DNA of 19,087 nucleotides from Paramicrosporidium saccamoebae KSL3. Its lineage: Eukaryota; Fungi; Cryptomycota. Below are positions 1 through 8,015 of this stretch, piece after piece. Position 1 is the stretch's first letter, and each line of letters starts with the position of its first letter. Under the pieces are notes generated by a model that was given only the letters and a program-made list of their open reading frames with translations, was not told the DNA's origin and searched no databases. The position numbers and the translations under genes were made by a program. Location of the stretch: the NCBI GenBank assembly GCA_002794465.1, contig MTSL01000191.1:26029-45115 (forward strand). The letters are read 5' to 3'.

Positions 1-76
1 TATTAGTGAATGCAGATCTAAAGATGCATTAGCGAGTATAAATTTACTATTTACAAGCTAGTATAGATTCAAAGAT

Positions 77-620
77 TTATTCATCTCCATCGCTAGAGAT
101 GAGGGCAGAAATTTGCATTTTAGATCTACCAGCATTCTTTCGCTTCTTAATGGCAGCATCTTCATCGTCGGAAGCATCTGTCCTGGGTTGAACTGGTGTT
201 TTGTCGTCTGAACGGAGAGTACGTTTTGATGGTGTCGTCGGGTTTGACGGGTCTTCTTCAGGGATTTCTTTGACCATGTCTTTCAAAAAGTCAAACTCTT
301 CATTTCCGAATACAACTCTACGTCTACCACAATCAACACAGGGTCACGATCATTACACAGTCCCACGAGAAATTCGGTTGGCGCCTGGGTGGAGCACTTT
401 GGTTGCACGGTCAATTAGCCTTTGCAGAAAGAGCTCGAGTGCTTTAGCTAATGATGAGGCAACATGGGCCAAATGAATTACAAATGACGATGGGAGTCGT
501 CTGGGCCACTTTTCCAATTTCTTCGTCTGCTTGCATTATCTTCTTAATGCGGGCCTACCATCAGGTCAGAGTTCATTTGTAGCTTACCATGGGAAACTTT
601 GTTTTATATTTGCTGGCCAT
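77..620 (-). CDS. DRAP1: NC2 alpha subunit (DRAP1/Bur6), histone-fold transcription regulator; 4 exons, 147 aa
   Basis: Manual splicing: exons 620-588, 554-482, 447-357, 323-77; GT-AG introns 587-555 (33 nt), 481-448 (34 nt), 356-324 (33 nt). Product [50 protein letters not shown]...EEFDFLKDMVKEIP matches the DRAP1 motifs [19 protein letters not shown] and FDFLKD. The ORF track shows only the last exon. Confidence 0.95.
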
Positions 621-684
621 GCTGGAGAATTCTCTGTCTGCTGCAGAAACGCACGAAAAATTGCAACAAATAATTTTTTATATT

Positions 685-1575
685 TTACTGGTGGCTCATA
701 TGATCTACAAGACGAACATAGGCAGTTGGGACGAAGCCTTCCGACAGAGTCCGTGTATTCCTAACAAATGTCCAACCAGACGAGTCATCGGAACCGTTGA
801 TCTCAAGTTCATCGCCTGGAACAAGTTCAATGCCACCACTGTTGTCGGTGGGCTTGAATGCATACATGGCTAGTCCAGGTTTAGTTGGCCGTCTTGACAG
901 CCGATTACGGAGGATTAAATACGCACCTGACAACAAGATGGTCGGAAGTACAAGAGTTTTGACAGTCTTGGAAATATTTGGACCCCTTTGAGCCTTTGCA
1001 GATAATTTAGCATTGGGTAAAGTATTCGGGCATTGTTGTGCTTTGGACAGCCGTAACAGATTGACAACCCACATGAGGCATGATTTTACAACATTGATCC
1101 ACATGCCGAGATGCTCTTTCTTTAAATTACGGAATTGCTCACCAACCGCAACAATAGACATGATGGAGGACCACGCAGCATAATAGGTCGAGTCTAGCAT
1201 GTAGACCAGTCCCCCAAAAGCCTTTACGATGGAGGTCGTTGTTTCAATGAGAACTCTGATTCGATGCTCAACAGAGCCGAGAATGGTGTTAGTTGGCATA
1301 AATCGGTCAGGAATCTGCGGCATTTGGTAATTATATCCTCCTCCATAATATGGCGGATTGTAATTTGGACCATAAAATTGGCTGGTCCGGTTATTATACG
1401 GCGGTGGGAAATAAGGTTGTTGGCCTCCGAGGCCCTGTACAGGAATGGGATTTGAACATTCCGCCGATCCTGGGCTCCAGCTCGATTTAATTGTAGAGAG
1501 CACAGAGGGCGACTCGTCACGACTACGTTCCCAAGGTTTTAACGGGACGGGCCCAACTGGCTCGTCTACTGTCAT
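685..1575 (-). CDS. PEX13: Peroxin 13, peroxisomal docking protein with C-terminal SH3 domain
   Basis: N-terminal PxKPWE motif; Y/G/P-rich segment; core SIVKAFGGLVYMLDSTYYAAWSSIMSIVAVGEQFRNLK; hydrophobic segment; SH3-like tail (AMYAF...ELVPGDEL...GW...EGFVPTAYV). First ATG is at 1575; the track start at 1590 is a TTG. Confidence 0.93.
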   Translation of the reverse strand: MTVDEPVGPVPLKPWERSRDESPSVLSTIKSSWSPGSAECSNPIPVQGLGGQQPYFPPPYNNRTSQFYGPNYNPPYYGGGYNYQMPQIPDRFMPTNTILGSVEHRIRVLIETTTSIVKAFGGLVYMLDSTYYAAWSSIMSIVAVGEQFRNLKKEHLGMWINVVKSCLMWVVNLLRLSKAQQCPNTLPNAKLSAKAQRGPNISKTVKTLVLPTILLSGAYLILRNRLSRRPTKPGLAMYAFKPTDNSGGIELVPGDELEINGSDDSSGWTFVRNTRTLSEGFVPTAYVRLVDHMSHQ

Positions 1576-1921
1576 CAACGCACAGCTCAACAGTTATTTC
1601 ATTTAGTGTTAAGTTTTGTTAGGCATCAGCAGTGTGACATAATATGCAAGATGTAAGATGTTAGTAATAAGTCGTAAGGATCATTATGCCTACGCACAAG
1701 AGTTGCTATTGCACACGCCTAATGGGAGAGTTGGTTTTGTGGGAGTGGGGTGCATTGATGGGCGAATCTGTTTACTAGAGTACGTGGTGCCTTTATGGGT
1801 CGCCACCTGATCATGCTCTAAATAGATAGTATCATTCCTTAAAAGCGAATTGGTTCACTACGCACCAAGGCTGCTGTAGATAATTGCACGGTCCAGTAGT
1901 TTATTTTCCTCGGAATCAAAT

Positions 1922-4900
1922 CTAAATGGACTTTATCAAGGCCATCATGGAATTAATCTTGTCCTTCAGTGATTTCATTTGACTCTCTGGAATCCGGTCC
2001 TTTAGGGTAGCTACATGAGCCGTCAGCCCGTCTATCAATGGTGTCCACAATGATGCAGCTTCGGTGCCAATAAAGTGCCGAGATTTTGCAATCAACGAAT
2101 TTATAATAGGCAGCTCATCGCGAAAGTGCGCGACAGTGGCCTTTGCCAAAAAGCCTTCGGGATTGATGCTGGATAGATACATTGACAATAAAGACTGGAA
2201 GAGCGCGATACCCATTTTCTTCAAAATATCATCGTTCAAAGGTTTTTTCAGCACGGGCTCGACAAATCGGATTATCTTTTCTCTTGTGTAAAGTCGCGAA
2301 GTGGCGAGAAGATCCATGGTTTCAGAACTAGACACTAACTGGATCAAAGTAGACGGTGATTTGAATCGAAGCTGTTCAAAGAATGACAAAAAATTGACAT
2401 CGTGAGACTTGTCACCACCTTTGATGAACTTTATCCAAATCGGATGCAAGAGGTCATTCAGGCCCGCGTCCAGATGCTGATTGCCGCTAAATACGTACCA
2501 AAAAGCCAGGAACGATCGACGCAGGTCCATAGGGCTTCCGTTTACATTTTCCGAGAGGGACTGGGTCAATGACTTTAATAAGGCGGCTGTCTCTGCTCGT
2601 GCCTCATCCGAAATTACTGCCGGTGGCTTTGAGTAGAAAGAATCAAAAATTGAAGTAACCTTTCCGACAAGTTCCTTGTCCTTTGAGTACTTTGTGTTCG
2701 CCACTTTGTCTTTTGAGACACTGTGGATTCTTAACACCTCCAAAAGCGTCGGGATCATCTTGACTTTGATGCTAAAATGCTGCTCTGGTAATGATTTTTG
2801 CACAATAATCTGTAACCAGTCGCACAATCGCTGCTTGAAATGGATTAGATTTTGTCGGCTAACATCGTTTGCCGATTGGTGGGTTTTGCGTGCGGTCATG
2901 ATAGCTGAAAGCTGCATATCTAATAGTTCCAATTCTTTCGGATCAGCGTCCTGGATATCCATAGTTTCTGGCTCGCTAGATTCAATGTGATTTTCCGTAG
3001 CAATTCGGGGTCTCTTGGCATCTGAATCGTCCGAGCTGTCGTTGTCGTCATCTTCAGTCTCATCTTCCACTTCATCTTCCGCCTCATCCTCCATTTCATC
3101 TTCCGTCTCATCCATCATCTCGTCGTCATCCATGATTTCATTTTCGGCACCTGGAACAACAGTTAGAACACGGAAGATGGATTCATAGCTTTCACGCGTC
3201 AAAAACGGAACTAACAATCCGAACATTTCATCAGATATTTTTCGCAGTAGCGCCGAGGATCGTGCTTGCCATTGAACAAGAATGTCCACCAAGACGTCAA
3301 CTGGGTGATCCTCATCAGTAATATTGTCCAAGCCTTTCCGGAGTCTATCAACACATTCGCGCATATCATCAAAAATTGTCGCAGACGCGAGTGGATCGAG
3401 AACCAGCAAAAGACGTCCCGTCAGTGTCATGGTCATGAGCACCTGATAGTAACACTGCATATCGCTGCTTAGATTCGATTTTTCTGTTCTTTTCTGGACT
3501 CGACGGGTAATTTCAAGAGCAACATTCCACGCATCCTTCACCGGGTCATCCAAGGCTTCAAAATTCTTTTTACCAGATTTGCTGGAAAGATCGAAATGCT
3601 TATCAATAGAGCCTAGACAACACGAAAGAACTTTATCGCGACCAAAATCACATGGCAAGTGCGATAAGGACAAAATCTTAACCAGTGCACTTTGGACGCG
3701 AGATGAGATTTTGCTGTCAGCGTCTTGTCTTTCAAGTTTCATGCTAACCAGAGACGACAGAATGCTCTGGATGGCAACCACGGATGACAAAAAGGGGCTT
3801 CCAGGCTTCAATAGGTGGAGATGAAGGTCAGCAAGACGCGTTTCGGCTACGGCGGAGAGTTCCATGCTTTCTGTCGCAGAGAGAACAGTATCAAGATTTT
3901 CAACGCTTAGATCGGAAAGCATATTTGAGGCGAAATCAGTGGCATTCTCTTGAACGCATGTTCTCAACACCTCGACTGCAATCGACGGATTTTCAACAGC
4001 AAGTTGCTTGAGATTAAAAGTTTGCTGTTGGGAATTTTTAACCAAAAATTCAATAATAGATTCGCTCAATAAATCCTGAATGTCGTTTGTCTCCAGAGAA
4101 ATTAAGTCTGCTAGTAGCTTTTGTAGCACTGGTTCACCGAGTTTCGCTCTATGCATCAAAGTCTGCGAAATCTCCAGCCAGCACTGCTTAAATGCACCGG
4201 TTCCAGAAAGCGAGACGAGCAGGGAGCGGTATAACGCAAAAGCTGAAGGAGAATCGAGATGGTTAGCATCCACGCACGACAATAAGGGCAGGAACCCGAT
4301 CGGCTGTGAGAAATCAGCATCAAATCCGGCAATCTTCTGTGCGAATGACGGTAACGAGAATTTTGAACGCAGCGCAAGGACTAGGGCGATGGCTTTTGCG
4401 GAGAAACCTTCATCAGCCAGCACACACTCAACATGGGCCAAGCACACATTTCTGACCTTTTCGTCAATAGAAGACAAAATATCAACGATAGTGGATTGCG
4501 CCAAGTAGCACAAACCGTCTTTTGACTTCCAGATTCCCATGCAGTCCACAATCATTTCTTTGGAAATGTCGGCAACCGGAATATACGCTGCTAAGGCGTT
4601 AAAGGCCAATAATTTTCCAGAAAACATGGCACTTTCTTCCGTTAAATTCATTCGCGAATCACCCGAGACGGCGTCTTTTGATAATGCTTTGCGGATCCAA
4701 GACAGCATAACTGGGGCAGGTAGATCGTTTTGATATTTCTGTAAGACTGCGACAAGGGTAAAGGCGTAGCTGAGCTTGGTATGAGCAGATATGGATGCCA
4801 GACCTCGTATCAAACGTTTCAGAGTATATGTGACACCAACAGAGCATTTGCCTTTCAGCTCCCCTTGCTCATAGAGAAAAGGGGTGGTTTTCGAGATCAA

Positions 4901-5047
4901 GGTCGGGTGGCAATCTGAGTCACACAGAGACAAAATATCTATCGCTATTGCCTCAAGTGGTGCATCAAGGTTCATCAACGAGGAAAGCAGTTGGGGAAGC
5001 TGTTCGGGAACCCCATAGGCGTTACTGACGGGACTCTCGACAGTCAT
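1922..5047 (-). CDS. POL5: Pol5/MYBBP1A family nucleolar ribosome-biogenesis protein ('DNA polymerase phi' family), 1041 aa
   Basis: YTLKRLIRGLAS near the N-terminus; VDVLVDILVQWQARSSALLRKISDEMF followed by an acidic tract; then HFKQRLCDWLQI. This is the typical Pol5/MYBBP1A motif order. Single long ORF. Confidence 0.85.
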   Translation of the reverse strand: MTVESPVSNAYGVPEQLPQLLSSLMNLDAPLEAIAIDILSLCDSDCHPTLISKTTPFLYEQGELKGKCSVGVTYTLKRLIRGLASISAHTKLSYAFTLVAVLQKYQNDLPAPVMLSWIRKALSKDAVSGDSRMNLTEESAMFSGKLLAFNALAAYIPVADISKEMIVDCMGIWKSKDGLCYLAQSTIVDILSSIDEKVRNVCLAHVECVLADEGFSAKAIALVLALRSKFSLPSFAQKIAGFDADFSQPIGFLPLLSCVDANHLDSPSAFALYRSLLVSLSGTGAFKQCWLEISQTLMHRAKLGEPVLQKLLADLISLETNDIQDLLSESIIEFLVKNSQQQTFNLKQLAVENPSIAVEVLRTCVQENATDFASNMLSDLSVENLDTVLSATESMELSAVAETRLADLHLHLLKPGSPFLSSVVAIQSILSSLVSMKLERQDADSKISSRVQSALVKILSLSHLPCDFGRDKVLSCCLGSIDKHFDLSSKSGKKNFEALDDPVKDAWNVALEITRRVQKRTEKSNLSSDMQCYYQVLMTMTLTGRLLLVLDPLASATIFDDMRECVDRLRKGLDNITDEDHPVDVLVDILVQWQARSSALLRKISDEMFGLLVPFLTRESYESIFRVLTVVPGAENEIMDDDEMMDETEDEMEDEAEDEVEDETEDDDNDSSDDSDAKRPRIATENHIESSEPETMDIQDADPKELELLDMQLSAIMTARKTHQSANDVSRQNLIHFKQRLCDWLQIIVQKSLPEQHFSIKVKMIPTLLEVLRIHSVSKDKVANTKYSKDKELVGKVTSIFDSFYSKPPAVISDEARAETAALLKSLTQSLSENVNGSPMDLRRSFLAFWYVFSGNQHLDAGLNDLLHPIWIKFIKGGDKSHDVNFLSFFEQLRFKSPSTLIQLVSSSETMDLLATSRLYTREKIIRFVEPVLKKPLNDDILKKMGIALFQSLLSMYLSSINPEGFLAKATVAHFRDELPIINSLIAKSRHFIGTEAASLWTPLIDGLTAHVATLKDRIPESQMKSLKDKINSMMALIKSI
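3053..3112 (-). repeat. 12-bp coding tandem repeat, 5 copies, encoding (DExE)5 in the Pol5 acidic tract
   Basis: Minus strand GATGAGACGGAA GATGAAATGGAG GATGAGGCGGAA GATGAAGTGGAA GATGAGACTGAA = DETE DEME DEAE DEVE DETE. Confidence 0.8.
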
Positions 5048-5060
5048 ACGATAAATCCGC

Positions 5061-5070
5061 TACCCCGGTC
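5061..5070. promoter_or_regulatory. Candidate cis-element TACCCCGGTC in the 36-bp divergent POL5/RSL1D1 gap
   Basis: Sits 13 nt from each start codon. An identical 10-mer occurs at 9914-9923 before RRP12. Function is inferred. Confidence 0.5.
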
Positions 5071-5083
5071 CGGCGAAACAAAA

Positions 5084-5892
5084 ATGGAGTCGGGACGGTT
5101 GTCTGAACAGGTAAAGACGCCCTTGGTTCCTAATTCTGGTAGGCCAAAAAAGCCGTATCTGCTCTGATCAAGCACGAAAGCCTCACTTCTCTGAAAGATG
5201 CTGGTTCCAGGAAGAAGCTCATAGCAGAGGATGAAGCTGCTGCCGATAGTCTCATCTATCTCGTTATCAACTTTAGCAAAATGTCTGAAAAGTTTTCCCT
5301 TAAGCCTGTACGTATGGCCGTACCTCACCCGTTCCGTGATGTTGGTGATGAAGATTTGTCAGTGTGCATCATCACAAAGGATCCCCAGCGCTTCTTCAAG
5401 GACCTCATTAACCCACTGCAGTTAAGCTCAGTCACAAAGGTGGTGGGCATCTCCAAACTGCGCTCCAAGTTTAAGCCGTTTGAAGCCAAGAGAATGCTAT
5501 GCGCATCCTTTGATCTGTTTGCAGCTGACACTCGCATCATTCCCATGTTGCCGAAAATCCTCGGTAAGACGTTCTTTGAGAAGAAGAAGCAACCAGTGCC
5601 CGTAAACTTGACAAGCACCAACCCAGAAGAGATTAAACAAGAAATTCAGGAAGCGGTTGAAGCGACATACTTTTTCCAGACGGGAGGGTCAAATACGTCG
5701 ATTACAGTTGGCAAGTCTTCTCAAACGCCCGAGCAGTTGGCTGCGAACATTGAAGCTGTTATTAAGCAGCTTGCAGCAAAGCTTCCTTCGGGACTAAGCA
5801 CAATTCGTACTATTCATGTGAAAACCAAAGAATCTGCTGCCCTGCCGATCTATGTTCGCGACGTTTTGGCGAAAAAGGCGAGTAGCGAATGA
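5084..5892 (+). CDS. RSL1D1: Ribosomal L1 domain-containing protein (RSL1D1/Utp30/Cic1 family); 2 exons
   Basis: Exons 5084-5110 and 5143-5892; intron 5111-5142 (32 nt, GTAAAG...CTAAT...GGTAG). Product MESGRLSEQAKKAVSALIKH...KPVRMAVPHPF...VCIITKDPQ...KVVGISKLRSKFKPFEAKRMLCASFDLFAADTRIIPMLPKILGKTFFEKKKQPVPV...IHVKTKESAALPIY carries the family motifs. Confidence 0.92.
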
Positions 5893-5918
5893 TTTATTAG
5901 ATAAATACAGAATTCGAT

Positions 5919-5989
5919 TACTAGACAGTAGGTGTAGTGTGTACTAGGCAGAAGATGTGTGTACTAGGCAGTAGATGTGCTTACTAGCC
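5919..5989. repeat. About 20-bp tandem repeat (2 near-perfect plus 2 degenerate units) overlapping the MoaE stop codon
   Basis: GTGTGTACTAGGCAGAAGAT (5937-5956) and GTGTGTACTAGGCAGTAGAT (5957-5976) differ at 1 position. The TACTAG core recurs at 5919, 5942, 5962 and 5982. Confidence 0.85.
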
Positions 5990-6425
5990 TTTGGCTACCA
6001 TCTCCTTTGATTACTTTTTTCCATAGGGGCACCCGCTCCTTCATGCCCTCAGTTATCTTGTCTATGGCCAGCAGGGCATCCTTCCTGTGTTTGCTGGTCA
6101 CAACGACGACGGAAGTTACTTCCCCCACAAAGACAGTGTCTACCCGATGCACTATTGATACACTTCCAATACGTCCTTCAAGATGCAGTCTAACCTCAGA
6201 CAGCAGGCGTCTCGTCTCGCCTACAAAAAGTTCTGCACAAGTTTCATAGTCAATCCCTTGAATTCTTTCTTCCTTGCCTTGCCGTTCGTCCAGTTCTCGA
6301 ACCATGCCACAGAAGGTTGCAATAGCACCAAACTGCCCTGCATCCGACCTGATGAAAAGGTCGTGCTGTATTTGACTGACATTAATCGGTTCTGTCGTGA
6401 GGTGTACGAAATCCTGTAGAGTCAT
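5964..6425 (-). CDS. MOCS2B: Molybdopterin synthase catalytic subunit-like protein (MoaE/MOCS2B), divergent
   Basis: GAIATFCGMVRE, DYE, SIVHRV..V.VGEVTSVVVVTSKHRKDA and KERVPLWKK follow the MoaE motif order. First ATG is at 6425 (MTLQDFVHLTTEPI); the track start at 6449 is a GTG. Confidence 0.85.
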   Translation of the reverse strand: MTLQDFVHLTTEPINVSQIQHDLFIRSDAGQFGAIATFCGMVRELDERQGKEERIQGIDYETCAELFVGETRRLLSEVRLHLEGRIGSVSIVHRVDTVFVGEVTSVVVVTSKHRKDALLAIDKITEGMKERVPLWKKVIKGDGSQRLVSTSTA

Positions 6426-6464
6426 TTGTGTGGCTTTGAACCAAGCCACTGCCTGTTAAATTGA

Positions 6465-7205
6465 CTAAGAATTTACTGATCTTGTCGAAAATCTCTGTTT
6501 AAAATGATCAAGAAACGTATTATAATTGAACGAATCAGGGTCATGATTAAACCTTTGGATCCAAGAATATGAGCCAGTGGTGTACAAATCAACACAAGAA
6601 TGTACGAGCTCAAGGGCCTGTTCACGGGTAATCAAACCTCCGTCAAACTTGGCACGTACCAGGCCAAGCTGTCTCTCCTCTAATAGATCACTGAAACCTT
6701 GAGCAGCAAGACGAACCGGAGCGGCCTCGCCAAATCTTTGAAAGTCATCCAAGGTTGAGAAAACGGCGCATCCGGTAGTGCCAGTTAGATGATGCTGGAC
6801 CATAAAATTGCAGTGCCCCTTCCCCACGGCGAGAGGAATAATAAACTACGACATGTCTTAGCACCCATAACAGCCATATTGTACAGTTGGGCTTTCTTGT
6901 CCTCTCTGCAGCAGCCACTGCGAAAAGGGCGTTGAGGGAACGGAAAAGCCAACTGATAATGGCTTCTTCTCAAAATATTTTTTCCAAATGTCTGCAATAG
7001 TGTCAGAGCCTAGAACTCGAACTTTTTCCACATCAATAATGTCAGAGAGCTACGGATAAATTGGGTGGACGATTTCTAGGCTTACCTTTTGATAGAGGTT
7101 CACAGATACTCCAGAAGAGGGTGTGCTCTTTGTATATTTGTCATAATAATTTGAATGCGAAGCGAATCGTCGGGGCCATAATGATAGGTTTTTCATGGGC
7201 TGCAT
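6465..7205 (-). CDS. ATP11: Mitochondrial F1-ATPase assembly factor Atp11 (ATPAF1); 3 exons
   Basis: Exons 7205-7086, 7049-6885, 6845-6465; introns 7085-7050 (36 nt) and 6884-6846 (39 nt). Product has a presequence-like start (MQPMKNLSLWPRRFASH), then KLSDIIDVEKV...IADIWK, ESPTFIIPL, FSTLDDFQRFGEAAP and FNHDPDSFNY. An alternative in-frame ATG is at 7196. Confidence 0.88.
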
Positions 7206-7227
7206 CTCGAGCAGGGCCTTGGCGGCT

Positions 7228-7961
7228 ATGAATGACGAGCAGGTAGAGGAGCTCGAAGTGCTACGAAGCATTTACGATGACAGACTGCTAGGTATCCCTA
7301 TTCCGTATCGAGGCATCATACGACTGTGTAGAATTGGAGGATTCTCCATTGAGACTTCGGATTACCGGCATTAACGGGTACGGTGTTGGTACATTTTCGT
7401 CCAAGGCCTTTTATATCCCTAGGACTGAATCTGGAAGTGGAGTTTACACCAAACTACCCACACGAAATGCCCAAATACTCAATAATTATTACTTCCGGAA
7501 AGCTGAGCGACCTGGAAGGTCTGAACCGACATGTTTTGGAAGAGGCAGAAGGGTCTATTGGGATGGCTATGATATATACTCTCGTATCTTGCATGGAAGA
7601 TTGGCTTTCTAAGAATTGTAAATCTATGGAAGATGCAAAAGCATCTAAAAAAGAGAGCACCGAGAACAAAGAAGTGCCAATATCATTAAGGGGTGGTCCC
7701 GTCACACGGGAATCGTTTGCAGTTTGGAATGAAAAGTACCTGGGAGAACTTTGGCAAGCAGCGATGCTAAGAGACAAAAAAATTGCTGAAGCGGGCCCCT
7801 CCAAACTTACAGGCCGACAGCTGTTTGAACACAACAAGGCTTTGGTTACATCAGATGCAACATATGGCGACGAAGCAGATATCGTTGTGAATGAGGTTCT
7901 CTTTGAGGGATTGGATGATTTAGAGGTTGATGATTTTGAATATGATGATGAAAGCGAATAA
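7228..7961 (+). CDS. GIR2: RWD-domain protein Gir2/RWDD1 (DFRP2, DRG GTPase partner); 3 exons
   Basis: Exons 7228-7291, 7332-7388, 7423-7961; introns 7292-7331 (40 nt) and 7389-7422 (34 nt). Motifs EQVEELEVLRSIY, FTPNYPHEMP, GMAMIYTLV, GPVTRESFAVW, KLTGRQLFE, and an acidic C-terminus. Confidence 0.9.
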
Positions 7962-8015
7962 ATTTCTTTAGAGGCTACTATCAATCTAGCTTTAATTGGC
8001 CAAAGGACACGAACA

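Noticed and set aside
1669-1686. AAGTCGTAA-GGATCATTA resembles two pieces of the 18S rRNA 3' end, and GGATCATT resembles U3 box A
   Set aside because: Only two 9-mers with the intervening helix missing. No flanking rRNA similarity, and no convincing U3 boxes A', B, C or D in the right spacing.
648-1865. WACGCAC recurring at 648, 1577, 1691 and 1859 upstream of DRAP1 and PEX13
   Set aside because: Short motif at inconsistent distances from the starts. It cannot be separated from chance without genome-wide counts.
1922-5047. Calling the POL5 product a DNA polymerase
   Set aside because: 'DNA polymerase phi' is a historical family name. No B-family polymerase motifs are evident, and the family acts in rRNA synthesis and processing.
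6426-6827. Possible bicistronic MOCS2A (MoaD) ORF upstream of or overlapping MOCS2B, as in mammals
   Set aside because: Only 39 bp separate it from ATP11, and I found no ubiquitin-like ORF ending in Gly-Gly.
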